Below are positions 22,445 through 35,150 of a stretch of 64,000 nucleotides of DNA, one piece after another. How positions within the stretch are numbered: the stretch's first letter is position 1; each line of letters opens with the position of its first letter. Source of the DNA: Mobula hypostoma (lineage: Eukaryota); assembly GCF_963921235.1 (NCBI RefSeq), contig NC_086097.1, forward strand, positions 180,608,001 through 180,672,000, read 5' to 3'. Position numbers and translations under genes: made by a program. The notes below the pieces were generated by a model. The model did not search any database. It was given only the letters and a program-made list of their open reading frames with translations, and was not told the DNA's origin.

Positions 22445-25400
22445 TAGGAAAGCTAAAAGCTGACATGAGAAACCCTTGGCAAGTAGGATTAAGGAAAATG
22501 CCTAGGCATTCTACAAGAATAAGAGATTGACTAGAGTGAGGGTAGAACTAATCTAGGATAAAAAAAAGAAAAGTGCATGGAGTCAGAGGAGATAGGGAAG
22601 GTCCTTAATAAATACTTTGCCTCAGTATTCACCAGTGCAATGGATATTTACGAATTCAAGGACAGTGTAGAACAGGCTAATATGCTGAACATATCAATGT
22701 TAAAAAAGAGGATGCGCTGGAAAAAAAAATTACGATAGACAAATCATCCGGGGCCAGAGGGAATATACCCCAGTTACTAAGGGAAGTAAGAGAAGAGATT
22801 GCTGTGCCTTTGGCTATAACCTTCGCATCCTTACTGACCATAGGAGTAGCACCAGAAAATTGGAGGGTGCAAGTTTTTATTTCTGTGTTCAACAAAGGTT
22901 CCTGGGAATTATAGACCAGTGAGTCTTATGTCAGTGGTGGACAAACTATTGGAGAGGGTTCTTGAGAGACAAGAGTTATGAACATTTGGAGCAGCAAAGT
23001 CTGATTAGGGATAGTCAGCATGGATTTGAGAGGAGCAGGTCATGCTTCACAAACCTGATAGAATTCTTCAAGGAAGTGACAAAACAGATTGATGTAAATG
23101 GAGCAGTGGATATGGTGTGTATGGATTTTAGTAAGACATTTGACAAGGGTCTCCATTGTAGGTTCCTTCAGAAAGTCAGAATTTAAGGGATCCAAGGAAA
23201 CTTGGCTGTGTGGATTCAAAATTGGCTAGCCCATAGAGGGCAGAGTGTAGCAATAGAGGGAGTGTGTTCTGCCTGGAGGTTGGTGACCAGTGGTGTTCCA
23301 CAGGGATCTGTTCTGGGACCCCTGTTCTGCGTGATTTTTATAAATTACTTGGATAAGGAAGTGGAAGGGTGGGTAAGTTAGATTTCAGATGACATGAAGT
23401 TTGGCAGTGGTGTGGACAGTGCAGAGGGCTGTTGTTAGGTGACAATGGGAGATTGATAGGATGCAGAGCTGGGCTGAGAACTGTTGGATGGAGATCAATC
23501 TGGAAAAGTGTGAAGCACTAATTTTGGAAGGTTGAACTTGAGGAAGAATACAGGGTTAATGGCAGGATTCTTAGCAGTGAGGAGGAACAAAAGGATTTTG
23601 CGGTCCATGTTAATAGATCCCTCAAAGTGCCCATGCAAGTTGATAGGGTGGTTAAGAAGGCTTTTGGTGTATTGGCTTTCATCAGCTGGGCGACTGAGTT
23701 CAAGAGCTGTGAAGTAATGTTACAGCTCTACAGTTAGACCGTACTAGGAGTATTGTCTTCAGACTTGGTTACCTCATTATCAGTAGAGTGTGGTAGCTTT
23801 AGAGAGATTTACCAGGACACTGCCTGGATTAGTTGACATAGTAGCGTAGTAGTTAGCACAATCACTTTACAACACCAGCGATCAGTAATCAGGGTTTGAT
23901 TCTCGTTGCTCTCTGTAAGGAGTTTGTATGTATGGTCTATGACTACGTGAGTTTCCTTCGTGTGCTCTGGGTTCCTTAAGACATAATAGTAGACTTATGC
24001 CATTCGGCCCATTGGGTTGGCTCCGCCAATCCATCAGAGCTGATTTATTACCCCTCCCAACATCATTTTCCAGCCTTCCCCCCATAACTTTTGACACCCT
24101 GACTAATCAAGAATGATCAATCTCCTCTTTAAATATAAACAATGACGGCCTCCACATCCATCTGTGGGAATAAATTTCAGATACACTATCCATCTGGCTA
24201 AAGAAATTCCTCCTTATCTGTTCTAAATGGATGCCCCTCTATTCTGAGGCTGTGCCCTCTGGTCCTAGACTCCCCACACAATAGGAAATATCCTCTTCAT
24301 AGATCTGCTTTTTCTAGGCCTTTTAATATTCTATAGGTTTCAATGAGATCCCCCCCCAAGCTCTTCTAAACTTCAGTGAGTTTGGGCCCAGAGCGAATAA
24401 ATTATACATACATTAACACTTTCATTCCTAGAATCATTCTTGTGAACCTCCTCTGGGCTCTCTCCAACACCAGCACATAGTTTCTTAGATATGGGGCCTA
24501 AAACTGCTCAAAGTACTCCAAATGTGTTCTAACCAATGTCTTATAAAACCTCAGCATTACATCCTTGCTTTTAAATTCCAGTCCTTTTAAAATAATTGCT
24601 AACATTGTATTTACCTTCCTTACCAGCAACTCAACCTGCACGTTAATCTTTAGGAAATCCTGCACAAGGACTCCCAAGTCCCTTTGCACCTTTGATTTAT
24701 TTGAACTGTCTCCCTGTTTAGGAAATAGTCTTTGCCTTTATTCCTTCTAACAGAGTGCATAACCATACAGTTTCCTGCACTACCATCCATCTGCCACTTC
24801 TTTACTCATTATGTCTAAGTCCTTTTGCAGATTCCCTGCTTCCTTAGCGCTCCACCTATCTTCGTATCATCCACAAAATTGGCCACAAGTTTCTTCCATC
24901 TTTGGAATGTAGTTAGGGTCAGGGAGTTGTGGACATATTATGTTGGTGCCAGAAGCATGGCAACACTTGCAGGGTACCCTCAGCAGACCTTGGGCTGTGT
25001 TGGTTGTTGATGCAAGCAACGTATTTCACTGTATGTTCTGATGTACAATAAAGCTAATCTTTACGAGGAAAGGTTGAGTGAGCTAAGGCTTTTCTCTTTG
25101 GAGCAAAGAAGGATGAGAGGTGACATGAAAGAAGCATATAAGATAATAAGAAGCTTTGATAGCGTGGACAGCTGGCATCTTTAACCCAAGGCAGAAATGG
25201 TTAATGTGAGAAAGCATCACTTTAAAGTGATTGGAGAAAAGTATAGAGATGTAACTTCTTTTTTTAAAAACTCAGAGTGTGTGAAATGTGCTGCTAGGGG
25301 CAGATACATTATGAACATTTAAAAGACTCTTAGATAGGCACATGGATGAAAAGAAACATGGAGGATTATGAGGGAAGGAGGCAATGGTTTAAATTTGGAG

Positions 25401-25458
25401 TGGCTTAAATGATTGACAAAGCAGCGTAGGCCAAAGAGCCTGCATTTTGCTGTTCAAT
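22445..25458 (+). mobile_element. Decayed CR1 inserted in the minisatellite, itself interrupted at ~23840-25060 by a SINE and an antisense CR1
   Basis: IRDSQHGF..NLIEFF..DFSKTFDK; the RT resumes after 25060 and runs to a CR1 3' end adjoining the satellite. Confidence 0.8.
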
Positions 25459-25459
25459 G

Positions 25460-26330
25460 TATAACACCAGGGTACAGTCCAGATAGAGGCAGGCCTGTCA
25501 CACTATAATACCTGGGTACCTTATCAGCGGGGACAGGTCTGTCACTGTAAAACACCGGGGTACAGTCCAGATAGAGGCAGGCCTGTCACACTATAACACC
25601 TGGGTACCTTACCAGCGGGGACAGGTCTGTCACTGTAAAACACCGGGGTACAGTCCAGATAGAGACAGGCCTGTCACACTATAACACCTGGGTACCTTAC
25701 CAGCGGGGACGGGTCTGTCACTGTAAAACACCGGGGTACAGTCCAGATAGAGACAGGCCTGTCACACTATAACACCTGGGTACCTTACCAGCAGGGACGG
25801 GTCTGTCACTGTAAAACACCGGGGTACAGTCTAGATAGAGACAGGCCCGTCACACTATAACACCTGGGTACCTTACCGGTGGGGACAGATATGTCACTGT
25901 AAAACACTGGGGTACAGTACCAGTGAGGACAGGTCTGTCACAGTATATCACTGTCGTACATTACCAGCGGGGATCTGGTGTGTCACTGCATAGCACTGGG
26001 GTACAGTACCAGTGGAGATAGGCCTGTTACTGTATAACACTGGGATACAGTACTGGTGAGGACCAGTCTGTCACTCTATAACACTGGGGGTGGGGGGGAG
26101 GGAGACCAGTGGGGATAGGACTGTCACTGTATAACACTAGGGTACAGTACTGATGAGGACCGGTCTGTCACTGTATAACACTGGGGTACAGTACCAGTGG
26201 GGACTGGTGTGTCACTGTATAACACTGGGCTACAGTACCAGTGGGGACAGTTTTGTCACTGTATAACATTGGGGTAAAATACCGGTGGGGACGTTTGTCA
26301 CCCCATAACACTGCTGGAGACAGATTTGTC
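25460..26330. repeat. 44-bp minisatellite block 2, with five copies of an 88-bp higher-order dimer
   Basis: tacagtc[c/t]agatagag recurs at 25473, 25561, 25649, 25737 and 25825 (period 88); monomers follow. Confidence 0.95.
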
Positions 26331-26928
26331 ACTAAGCAAGGAAATAATGCTGAACCTCTATAAAACACTAGTCAGGCTGCACTTGGAGTATTGTCAACAG
26401 TTTTAGGCAGCTAATCTCAGAAAGGATGTGTTGTCATTAGAGAGAGCCCAGAGGAGGTTCACAAGGATGATTCCAGGAATGAAGGGGCTAACATTAGGAG
26501 TGTTTGGCAGCTTTGAGCCTGCACTCATTGGAATTTAGAGGAATGCAGAAGATCTCATTGAAACCTAACAAATGTTGCAAGGACTAGATAGGATGGATGA
26601 GTAGAGGATGTTTCTGATGGTGGGGGCATCCAAAACTAGAGGGCACAGCCTCAAAATTGAAGGGTGACCTTTTAGAACAGAATTTTTTTAGTCAGAGTGG
26701 TGAAACTGTGGAATGCTCCGCCACAGACTGCAGTGGAGGCCAAGTCCATGGGTAGGTTTAAAGAGGAAGTTGATAGTTTCCTGATTGGTCAGGGTCTCAA
26801 AGGATATGGTGAGAAGGCAAGTGTATGGGGTTGTGTGGGATCAGACACAATGGACATCAGAACGGTGGAGCAGACTCGATGGGCTGAATGGCCTAATTCT
26901 GCTCCTGTGTCTTATGGGCTTATGGTCT
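26331..26928 (+). mobile_element. CR1 3' fragment inside the minisatellite
   Basis: NLYKTLVRLHLEYCQQF...VKLWNAPPQTAVEAKS plus CR1 3' UTR. Confidence 0.85.
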
Positions 26929-26929
26929 T

Positions 26930-28125
26930 GCACAGTATTTCACTGAAGTACAGCATTGGCGGTCTGTTGTTATATAACACCAGGACACAGTACTAGTGCA
27001 GATAGGTCTATCACTGTATAACAATGCAATACAGTAACTGGTCTAACAGACCTGTCACTGTACTACACTGGGGCACAGTGCTGGTGTGGACAGATCCGTC
27101 ACTGCACTACACTGGGGTACAGTACTGGCGGTCTGTTGTTATATAACACCAGGACACAGTACTGGTGTGGATAGGTCTATCACTGTATAACAATGCGATA
27201 CAGTACTGGTGTGGACAGATCCGTCACTGTACTACACTGGGGCACAGTGCTGGTGTGGACAGACCGTCATTGTACTACACTGGGGTACAGTGCTGGTGTG
27301 GACAGACCGTCACTGTACTACACTGGGGTACAGTGCTGGTCTAAACAGACCTGTCACTGTACTACACTGGAGTACAGTACTGGTGTGGACAGATCTGTCA
27401 CTGTACTACACTGGGGCACAGTGCTGTTCTAAACAGATCCGTCACTGTACTACACTGGGGTACAGAGCTGGTCTAAACAGACCTGTCACTGTACTACACT
27501 GGAGTACAGTATACTGGTGTGGACAGGTCTATCACTGTACTACTGGGGTACAGTACTGGTGTGGACAGACCTGTCACTGTACTACACTGGGGTACAGTAC
27601 TAGTGTGGACAGACCTGTCACTGTACTACAGTGGGGTACAGTACTGGTGCAGGTTGTTCTATCATTGTATAATAATGTGATACAGTACAGTACTGGTCTG
27701 AACAGATCTGTCAATGTACTACACTGGGGTATGGTACCAGCAGGGATAAGTCTGTCACTGTATAACACTGGGGTACGGTACCAGCGGGTTCAGTCTGTCA
27801 CTGTATAACACTGGGGCACAGTGCCAGCGGGGACCAGCCTGTCACTGTATAACACTGGGGTGCAGTGCCGGTGGTGATCAGTCTGTCACTGTATAACACT
27901 GGGGCACAGTACCAGCAGGGAGCAGCCCGTCACTGTATAACACTGGGGCGCAGTGCCAGCGGGGATCAGCCTGTCACTGTATAACACTGGGGCGCAGTGC
28001 CAGCGGGGATCAGCCTGTCACTGTATAACACTGGGGTGCAGTGCCAGCGGGGGTCAGCCTGTCACTGTATAACACTGGGGTACAGTACCAGTTGGGATAG
28101 GGTTATCACAATATATCACTGCGAT
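26930..28125. repeat. 44-bp minisatellite block 3
   Basis: Period 44 (e.g. gtcactgtataacact at 27841 and 27885); two sub-variants (tactacac..ggtgtggac, then tataacac..cagcggggatc). Confidence 0.95.
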
Positions 28126-29149
28126 ACAATAACTTTCAATGGGTAAGCTCTGTGCATTCTCCGTCTCATTCATTTTTCCTACCACAGATTTAGGTGTTGT
28201 GTACTGTATTTGAAGGAATAAACTGTCAGTCGTGTGGGGGTGGGAGAAACAGAATCAGTCCTGCCCTGTCTAGTCCTGATACACGGTTTCAAAAAAACAT
28301 CATCAATTCATTTCCCACCTACAGATGTTGCTTGACCCACTGAGTTCCCCCAGCAGACTGTCGCTTACTATTGCTTCACCCTGCTGCTGTACATTGATCT
28401 CTCTGGGCACCAGTGTCATCACTTGGGCTGCAGTCTTCCTTAGCCTGAATATGCTCTCCTCCCTCCAGGTGGAGCATTTATGAGTTGGACACTTTAGTCA
28501 CCACAATCCCATAGTTTCCAATTGCTGTGTCTAAGAGGTTATTCATTTAATAAATTAACTCCACAGTATCACAGTGAGATTTGAACTTGCATCTTGAGGC
28601 TGTTGGATTGTTAGCTCACTGCTATTTCTAAGAAGCTTCTACTGTATCTATTAGTGTGTGAGTGTTTGCGTGTGTCGAATTACCCAGACTTGCTCCAGAA
28701 TCACAGATTATTAAACATACATCATGTGTAAAACAGTCCCGGGGGAACCACCCTGGGAACGAACAACATGCAGAACCCAGTGGTCCATGTTTGGGCGTGG
28801 ACATGCAGTGGTGTATCCTGGGGATCGAGGTTTGCAAGTAGGTCCTGGTGTAAATAGGGGTGCAGATCGCAATGAAGGAGTATAGCAGCATGCAGTGGTG
28901 AAATGCAGGACTCCAGTGCACAGAGCGAAGGTGCAGGAAGATGCCAAAAAGAGAAACCTGTGATGCAAGGGTGCAGGGAGATGCAGTGGTAAGTTGTGGG
29001 ACTGCAGGGATGTGGTGTGGAGATGCAGCAGGTGGAGGCTTGATCCGAGGGATAAAGTGAGATGCACAAGTACAGGAGGCTGCTGTGTAAACTGCCAGGG
29101 TGCAGGAGGTCCAGTGGCTGGACTGCAAAGACGCAGGACACATTGGTGC

Positions 29150-30400
29150 GGAATGAGGGAGACAGTGAGGGGGCGGGCGTTTTGGTGCGGCTGGGTACTT
29201 ACGGTGCTAAAGTTGCGGTGCGTGCAGTTGCTTCCCCGGAAGGTGCACATCAGTAGCATGTCCCGTAGAGCGTGGCCAGTGCGGTTGTAGAAGTCGGCCA
29301 TGCTGAAGGGTCCGGGCCTGAAGTGTCGGAAGTTGGCGAGTCTCTGCAGCACGGCCAGGGCGCGGGCCTCGGCTAGGGCGGGTCGGCTGATCTCATGCCG
29401 CCGGTCGAGCAGCGCCAGCAACTCGCCCACGTGGAACAGGTCGTTCTGAGTGATCTGCGAGAAGCGGAACTCGTTCAGGTTGCAGATCGTGACAGCGGGG
29501 AAGGTGAGGTTGGCAGCAGACACCTCGTCCAGCTTGGTTACGTGCGGGTACTCCAGGTAGTACGCGACTCGCTCCAGGGACACCAGGGCCAGCAGGCTGA
29601 CCGAGGCCAGGAAGGAGGCGGCCCAGAGCAGGCGGCGGAGTCCGGCGGGTCCCGATCCCAGAATGTGGCTGATGCCGTGCAGTGTGGAGCGGCTGGCGAA
29701 CGCCTCCAGCGTGACGGGGTGAGTGGGGCCGTCGCCGCCCTCCGAGACCCTGCTCCCGTCCATGGCACCAGCCCCCGGCACACCTCCCCCCTCCCCCGGT
29801 CCGGTCCTCTCGCCAACTGACCAACCGACGAACAGGTTCCCACCGCCCCCCTTAGTCCCCGCGGCAGCCGGGTTCCCCGACGATGAGGTCGTCCCCCGTC
29901 TCTTATTATCCGGAGGATGCTATGGTCTCCCCGCCGCCTGTGATCAACTGACTGTCTGGTGGATGCTCTGGTTCCCCGCCGCCTGACCAGCCGGCAAACA
30001 GATCTGCCACCACCGCCTCCTGTCCGGTCTCTTCCCGCCGACCGACAGATGAACCGGTCTCCCCGCCCGCCGGTGCTTCACGGACGTTACGGGCTTCCTT
30101 CTCTACCCTCCGACCGACGACGGACGGCCCGGTTTTCCTCCACCTCCCGCCGTCTGTCCGACACGCCGGTCTCCAACGCCTGCCCCCGGCGCTCTCCAGG
30201 ACCGCGGGAAAGCTCCGTCAGTCGAGCGGTGCGGGACTCGTGAAGGATCCCGGCCCCGCACCGGCTCGCCTGGCCCCTCGCCCCCTCCTCGTTAGCAATC
30301 CGGCCGTGTGCGCTGTGCCGACGTGGTTTTGTCAGAGCTTCCCATCGCCGGGCGGCTGGTAACCGGGGAATGGACGGGTTGGGGCGCAGTGAGAAAGGTG
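29150..30400. promoter_or_regulatory. CpG island over the distal ASIC first exon, 5' leader and promoter
   Basis: Abrupt GC/CpG-rich, transposon-free stretch in an otherwise CpG-depleted window, with many GC-box-like CCCGCC motifs. Confidence 0.85.
29203..29763 (-). CDS. ASIC3: Acid-sensing ion channel, distal first coding exon (ASIC1a/asic1c-like N-terminus, TM1 and start of ectodomain; 187 codons)
   Basis: ATG at 29763 in a strong Kozak context (GCCATGG). Translation MDGSRV...STLHGISH (HG motif)...RRLLW (TM1)...YPHVTKLDEV...FPAVTICNLNEFRFS...NDLFHVGELLALL...GH...DMLLMCTFRG..C...NFST. Ends at phase-0 donor ACC|GTAAGT at 29203/29202. ASIC family is certain; the paralogue name is inferred from the partner exon, and automated pipelines may call it asic1c. 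Confidence 0.9.
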
Positions 30401-31479
30401 TGGTGGGAGGGGCAGGAGTAGTGAAAGGCCCATGAGGGTGAGGAAGGGGATGTCAAACCAGGGAGGAAAAAGGAGAAGACCTCAACAAACACGTCCTCCC
30501 TCCCCAGACAGACATAGCTGCCAATTCCCCCACACAAAAACACACATACGCCCCTCCTATACACATATTGGTATCATCTTTAGCTATAGGTGAGGTACCA
30601 GAAGACCTGAGGGGGACTAATGTGCTTTTGATTAGGACTGCAAGGACAGGCCAGGGAACTATAAACAGTTCGTGATGGGAAAATTACTGGTTAGGGATTT
30701 TGAGGGACAGTATCTACGTGCATTTGGAAAGGCAAGAACTGATTAGGGATAGTCAGCATGGCTTTGTAAGTTGGAGATAATGTCTCACAAGTGAAGAAAT
30801 GACCAAGAAGATTGGTCAGGCACCACATGGTATGTTGGTCCAGAAGGAGAAATCAAATGGGGATCACCTAGCCAAACTGGATGCAGAACAGCTTGATGGT
30901 AGGAGGCAGAGGGTGGTAGTGGAGGACTGTTTTTCCCCCATATGGGAGGCCAGTGATCAGGTAGGGATTGGTGCTAGGTCAACAGTTGGTTGTATTTTAT
31001 ATTAACAATTTGGATGACAGTCTTGTTAACATAGTAAGTTTGCGAACAGCACCAAGACAGTGAAGAGATTTATGTAAGTTTCCAAGAGGGATTTAAATCA
31101 GCTTTAGAAGTGGACCAAGGCATGGGAAGTGGCATTTATCTCAGACAAGTGTCAGGTGTTGCATTTTGATAAGTTCAATCAGGTCAGGGCATGAGGTAAA
31201 TGGAAGGCCCTGGAAGTTGTTGAAGATCAGAGGGCAGAGTATATTGTCATTTATATTAACAGTTGACACCATATTAATCAGTGGTGGGTATAATTATAAT
31301 GTTTAAAACTTTGAACAGGTATGTAGATTGAAAATGTATGAGGGATATTCTATAAATGAGAAAGTGGAACTAGCTCAAGTAGACAACTTGGTTGATATGG
31401 ATGCACAAGGCCAAAAGGCTTGCTTCCATGCAATATAACTGATGTTTTTCCATTTAAATTTTCTTCCTTTTGCACAGTT

Positions 31480-34400
31480 GAGCAGTGGGGATGCCAGGCA
31501 GAATAATGGAATGATCTTGTAGGATGTGGGAAAGCAGGGAGACCTCCAGTGTCCCTGATGACTACACCTGCAAGTGCATTCAGCTGCAGCTTCTTCTGGA
31601 CCCTGTTACAGAATTGGAGCAGGAACTGAATGAACTCCAGATCATTCAGGAGGCTGAAGGGTTAATCAACAAGATATACAGGAAGGTAGTTACTCGCAAG
31701 TGCAAGGCACATAACAGGGTTTTCATCAGGAGAGGAAAGGGAGATAGGCAGCCAGTACACCTGTGGCTGTACCCCTCAACAACAGGCTTTGGATACTGTT
31801 GCAGGATTGCGGGGGGGGGGGGGGGGCCCACAGTGACCTAGCAGAAGAAGGCTACAGCAGACATGGCTCTGGCACTGAGTTTGGCTCAGGGAGGGATGGT
31901 GGAAGAAGAGGAGTGCAGTAGTGACAGCAAATTCAGACAGGAGATTGTGTGGATGTGAAAGAGACACCTAGATGGCATGTTGTCATCCAGGTGCCAGGGG
32001 TGTCTCAGATTAAGTCCATAGCATTCTGGGGGTGGGGGGGAGAGGAGAAAGAATTGAGCAGTCAGAAGGTGATACATCTACCAACATAGGTAGGAAAGGG
32101 AGGAAGTCCTGAAGAGAATATAGGAAGTAGGTAGGAAGACCTTCAGAGTAGTAATCTCTGGATTGCTACCTGTGCCACATGCCAGTAAGGGTAAAAATAG
32201 AATCATTTGGCAGATGAATGCATGGCTGAGGAATTGGTTCAGGGGGGTTAAACTGCAAGAGGTAAAAAGACCCTGATGGGACTTAAATTCAGGCTTCCGA
32301 ACTGTAACCAGGATGTGAGGTACAAATTCCAATGGGATACAGAAAAGGTATGTAAAAAGGGCAATGTTACAATAGTTATGGGGGATTTCAATATGCAGGT
32401 AGATAGGGAAAATCAGGTTTGTGCTGAGTCCCAAGAGAGAATTTGTAGAACACCTATGGGATGGCTTTTTAGAGTAGCTTGTGGTTGACCTCAATAGGGG
32501 ATCGGGTGTTGCATAATGCAGTGGTTCCCAACCTCCGGGCCATGGACTGATACCAGGCCGCGAAGCATGCAGGGGTGCAGCGGTAGCCGGAGTGCACCCA
32601 GCACATCTTTAAGAAAAAAGCCGATTAATTAGGTGCCGCCCAGAAGCCAGTCTTCATTAGAGGAACTGAGGTGGAGAGGGTCAATAATCATAAATTCCTC
32701 GGCATTAAGGATCAACATTTCTCTCTGAAAAGTGTCAGAGGATCTGTCCTGGGACCAGCAGGTAACTGTCGTTACAAAGAAAGCACGGCAGCGCCTATAC
32801 TTGATTAGAAGTTTGTGTAGGTTCAACATGTCACCTCGATATTAACAGCCCTGTCTTTTCAGCCTGGCGTTTAAATTGACTAAACAATGGAACAACTAAA
32901 GGCTCCAGCGCCCTGGAAAGAGGAGTGAACATCACATAGAGCAAGCGGAATTGGCATTCACTTCTGATCTGGGCTAATATTTACGTGCCAGGCAGCACCT
33001 AATTAATTAGCTTATTTCGGCTTTTTTCTTAAAGACGTGCTGGGTGCGCTCTGGCTACCACTGCACCCCTGCGTGCTTTGTGGCCCAGTATCAGTCCGCA
33101 GCTCGGAGGTTGGGGACCACTGGCGGAATGAACCAGATTTGATTAGGGAGCTAAGGTAAAGGAACCCTTAGGAGACAGTGATCATAATATGATAAAATTC
33201 ACCCTGCAGGTTGAGAGGGAGAAGTCAGATGTATCAGTATTATAGTGGAGTAAAGGGAATTACAGAGGTGTAAGCTGGCTAAAGTTGATTGGAAGGGGAC
33301 ACTAGCAGGGAATACAGCAGAACAACCATGGCTGGAGTTTCTGGGGACAATTTGGAAGGCACAAGATAGATACATCCCAAAGTAGTAGTAGTTTTCTAAA
33401 GGGAGGAAGAGAGAACTGTGGTTAAACAAGGGAAGTCAAAGACAGCGCAAAAGCAAAAGAGGGCATATAGCAAAAATTAGTGGGAAGGTAGAGGATTGGG
33501 GGGGGATTTTAAAAACCAACAGAAGGTAACTAAGAAGTCCTTGAAGAGAAAAGATATGAAGGTAAGCTAGCTAATAATACAAAAGAGGATGGATACCCAG
33601 AAGTTCCCCCCCCCCCCCAGATATACAAAGAGTAAGTGAGGCAAGAATGGATATCAGACTGCTGGAAAATATGGCTGGAGAGGTAGTAATGCAGGACAAA
33701 AATGACAAATGTAATAATTATATCGTGTCAGTCTTCATTGTGGAGGACATGAGCAATATGCCAGAAATTCAAGAAGGTCAGGAAACAGAAGTGAGCACTA
33801 AGATTAAGGTGCTTGGGGAAGCTGAAAGGTCTGAAGGTAGAGAGATCATCTGGACCAGATGGACTATTCCCCAGGTTCTGAAAGAGGTGGCTGAAGAGAT
33901 TGTGGAGACATTTCAAAAATCGCTAGATTCTAGAATGGTTCCAAAGGACTAGAAGATTGCAAATGTCACTCCACTCTTCGAGGGAGGGAGAAGAAAGGAA
34001 ATTATAGACCTGTTAGCCTGACTTCAGTGGGTGGGAAAATGTTGAAGTCTATTATTAAGGATGAAATTTCAGAGTAACTTGGAAGCACATGATAAAGCAG
34101 ATCAAAGTGAGCATGGTTTCCTTGAAGGAAAATCTTGCCTGGCAAATCTGTTGGAATTCTTTGAGAAAATAACAGGCAGGATAGATAGAGGAGTCAGTAG
34201 CCACTGTACATGTGGATTTTTAGCAGGCGTTTGACAAAATGCCATACATGAGGTTGCTTAAAATACGAGCCCATACTATTACAGGAAAGATATTAGCATG
34301 GATAGAATATTGGCTGACTGGCAGAAGGCAACAAGTGGGAATAAAGGGCCCTTTTCTGGTTGGCTGCCAGTGACTAGAGGTGTTCTGCAGCAGTCTGTAT

Positions 34401-35150
34401 CAGGACACTTTTCTCATTATATATCAGTGATTTGGATAACAGAATTAATGGTTCTGTTGCCAGTTTTGTGGACGATATTAAGATAGGTAGAGGGCAAGTA
34501 GCATTGAGGAATCAGTAAGTCTATAGAAGCACATAGATTAGGAGAATGGCTAAAGTGGCAGAATGAATATTGTGTAGGGAAGTGTAATGTGTTAGAAAGA
34601 ATAAAAGTTATAGACTTTTTTCTAAACAGGGAGAAAATTCAAATATCGGTGTAAAGAGACTTGTGAATCCTCGTGCAGGATTCCCTAAAGGTTACTTTGC
34701 AGGTTGAGTCAGTGGCAAGGCAGGCAAATGCAAGTTAGCATTCATTTTAAGAGGACTAGAATGTAAAAGCAAGGATGTAATGCTGAGGCTTTATAAAGCA
34801 TTGGTTAGATTGCACTTGGAGTATTACGAGCAGTTTTGGGCCCCTTATTGAAGAACAGATGTGCTGGAGTTGGAGAGATTGAGGTGCACAGGATTTATTC
34901 CAGGAATGAAAGAGTTAATGTATGAGGAGCATTTGATGGCTCTGGGCCTATACTTGGAGTTCCATTGCCACAGACAGCTGTGGAACCGAAGTCCACTGAG
35001 TATAATTAGAGGTTGATAGGTTCTTGATTAGTCAGGGCATCAAATGTTATGTGGACAAGGCAGGAGAATGGGGTCGAGGGGGGATAATAAACCAGCCATA
35101 GAATGGAATAATGGAGCAGACTCGATGGGCTGAATGGCCTATTTCTGCTA
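31480..35150 (+). mobile_element. Decayed long CR1 sequence: ORF1 remnant (31480-32240) and ORF2 endonuclease/RT remnants
   Basis: MWE....VPDDYTCKCIQLQLL..VTELEQEL (ORF1-type); IVMGDFNMQVD; RT motifs; CR1 3' UTR near 35100. A further decayed CR1 lies at ~30560-31440. Confidence 0.8.
32519..33122. mobile_element. hAT (Charlie-type) non-autonomous element with ~120-bp TIRs
   Basis: Starts CAGTGGTTCCCAACC and ends GGTTGGGGACCACTG; long imperfect TIRs; degenerate 8-bp TSD GCATAATG/GCGGAATG; interrupts a CR1. Confidence 0.8.

Noticed and set aside
27209..27808. 199-aa ORF with repeated VLHWGTVLV
   Set aside because: Translation of the 44-bp satellite.
27070..28040. CACAGTG heptamers in the satellite as V(D)J recombination signals
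   Set aside because: No nonamer at 12- or 23-bp spacing and no Ig/TCR segments.
25460..28125. Regular repeats with palindromes resembling a CRISPR array
   Set aside because: Units are contiguous with no unique spacers, there are no cas genes, and the context is vertebrate; it is a minisatellite.
28711..29202. C-terminal extension of the 356-aa ORF 28711-29781
   Set aside because: ASIC similarity ends at a strong GTAAGT donor; the rest is read-through into low-complexity intron. The listed start is GTG, and the real ATG is at 29763.
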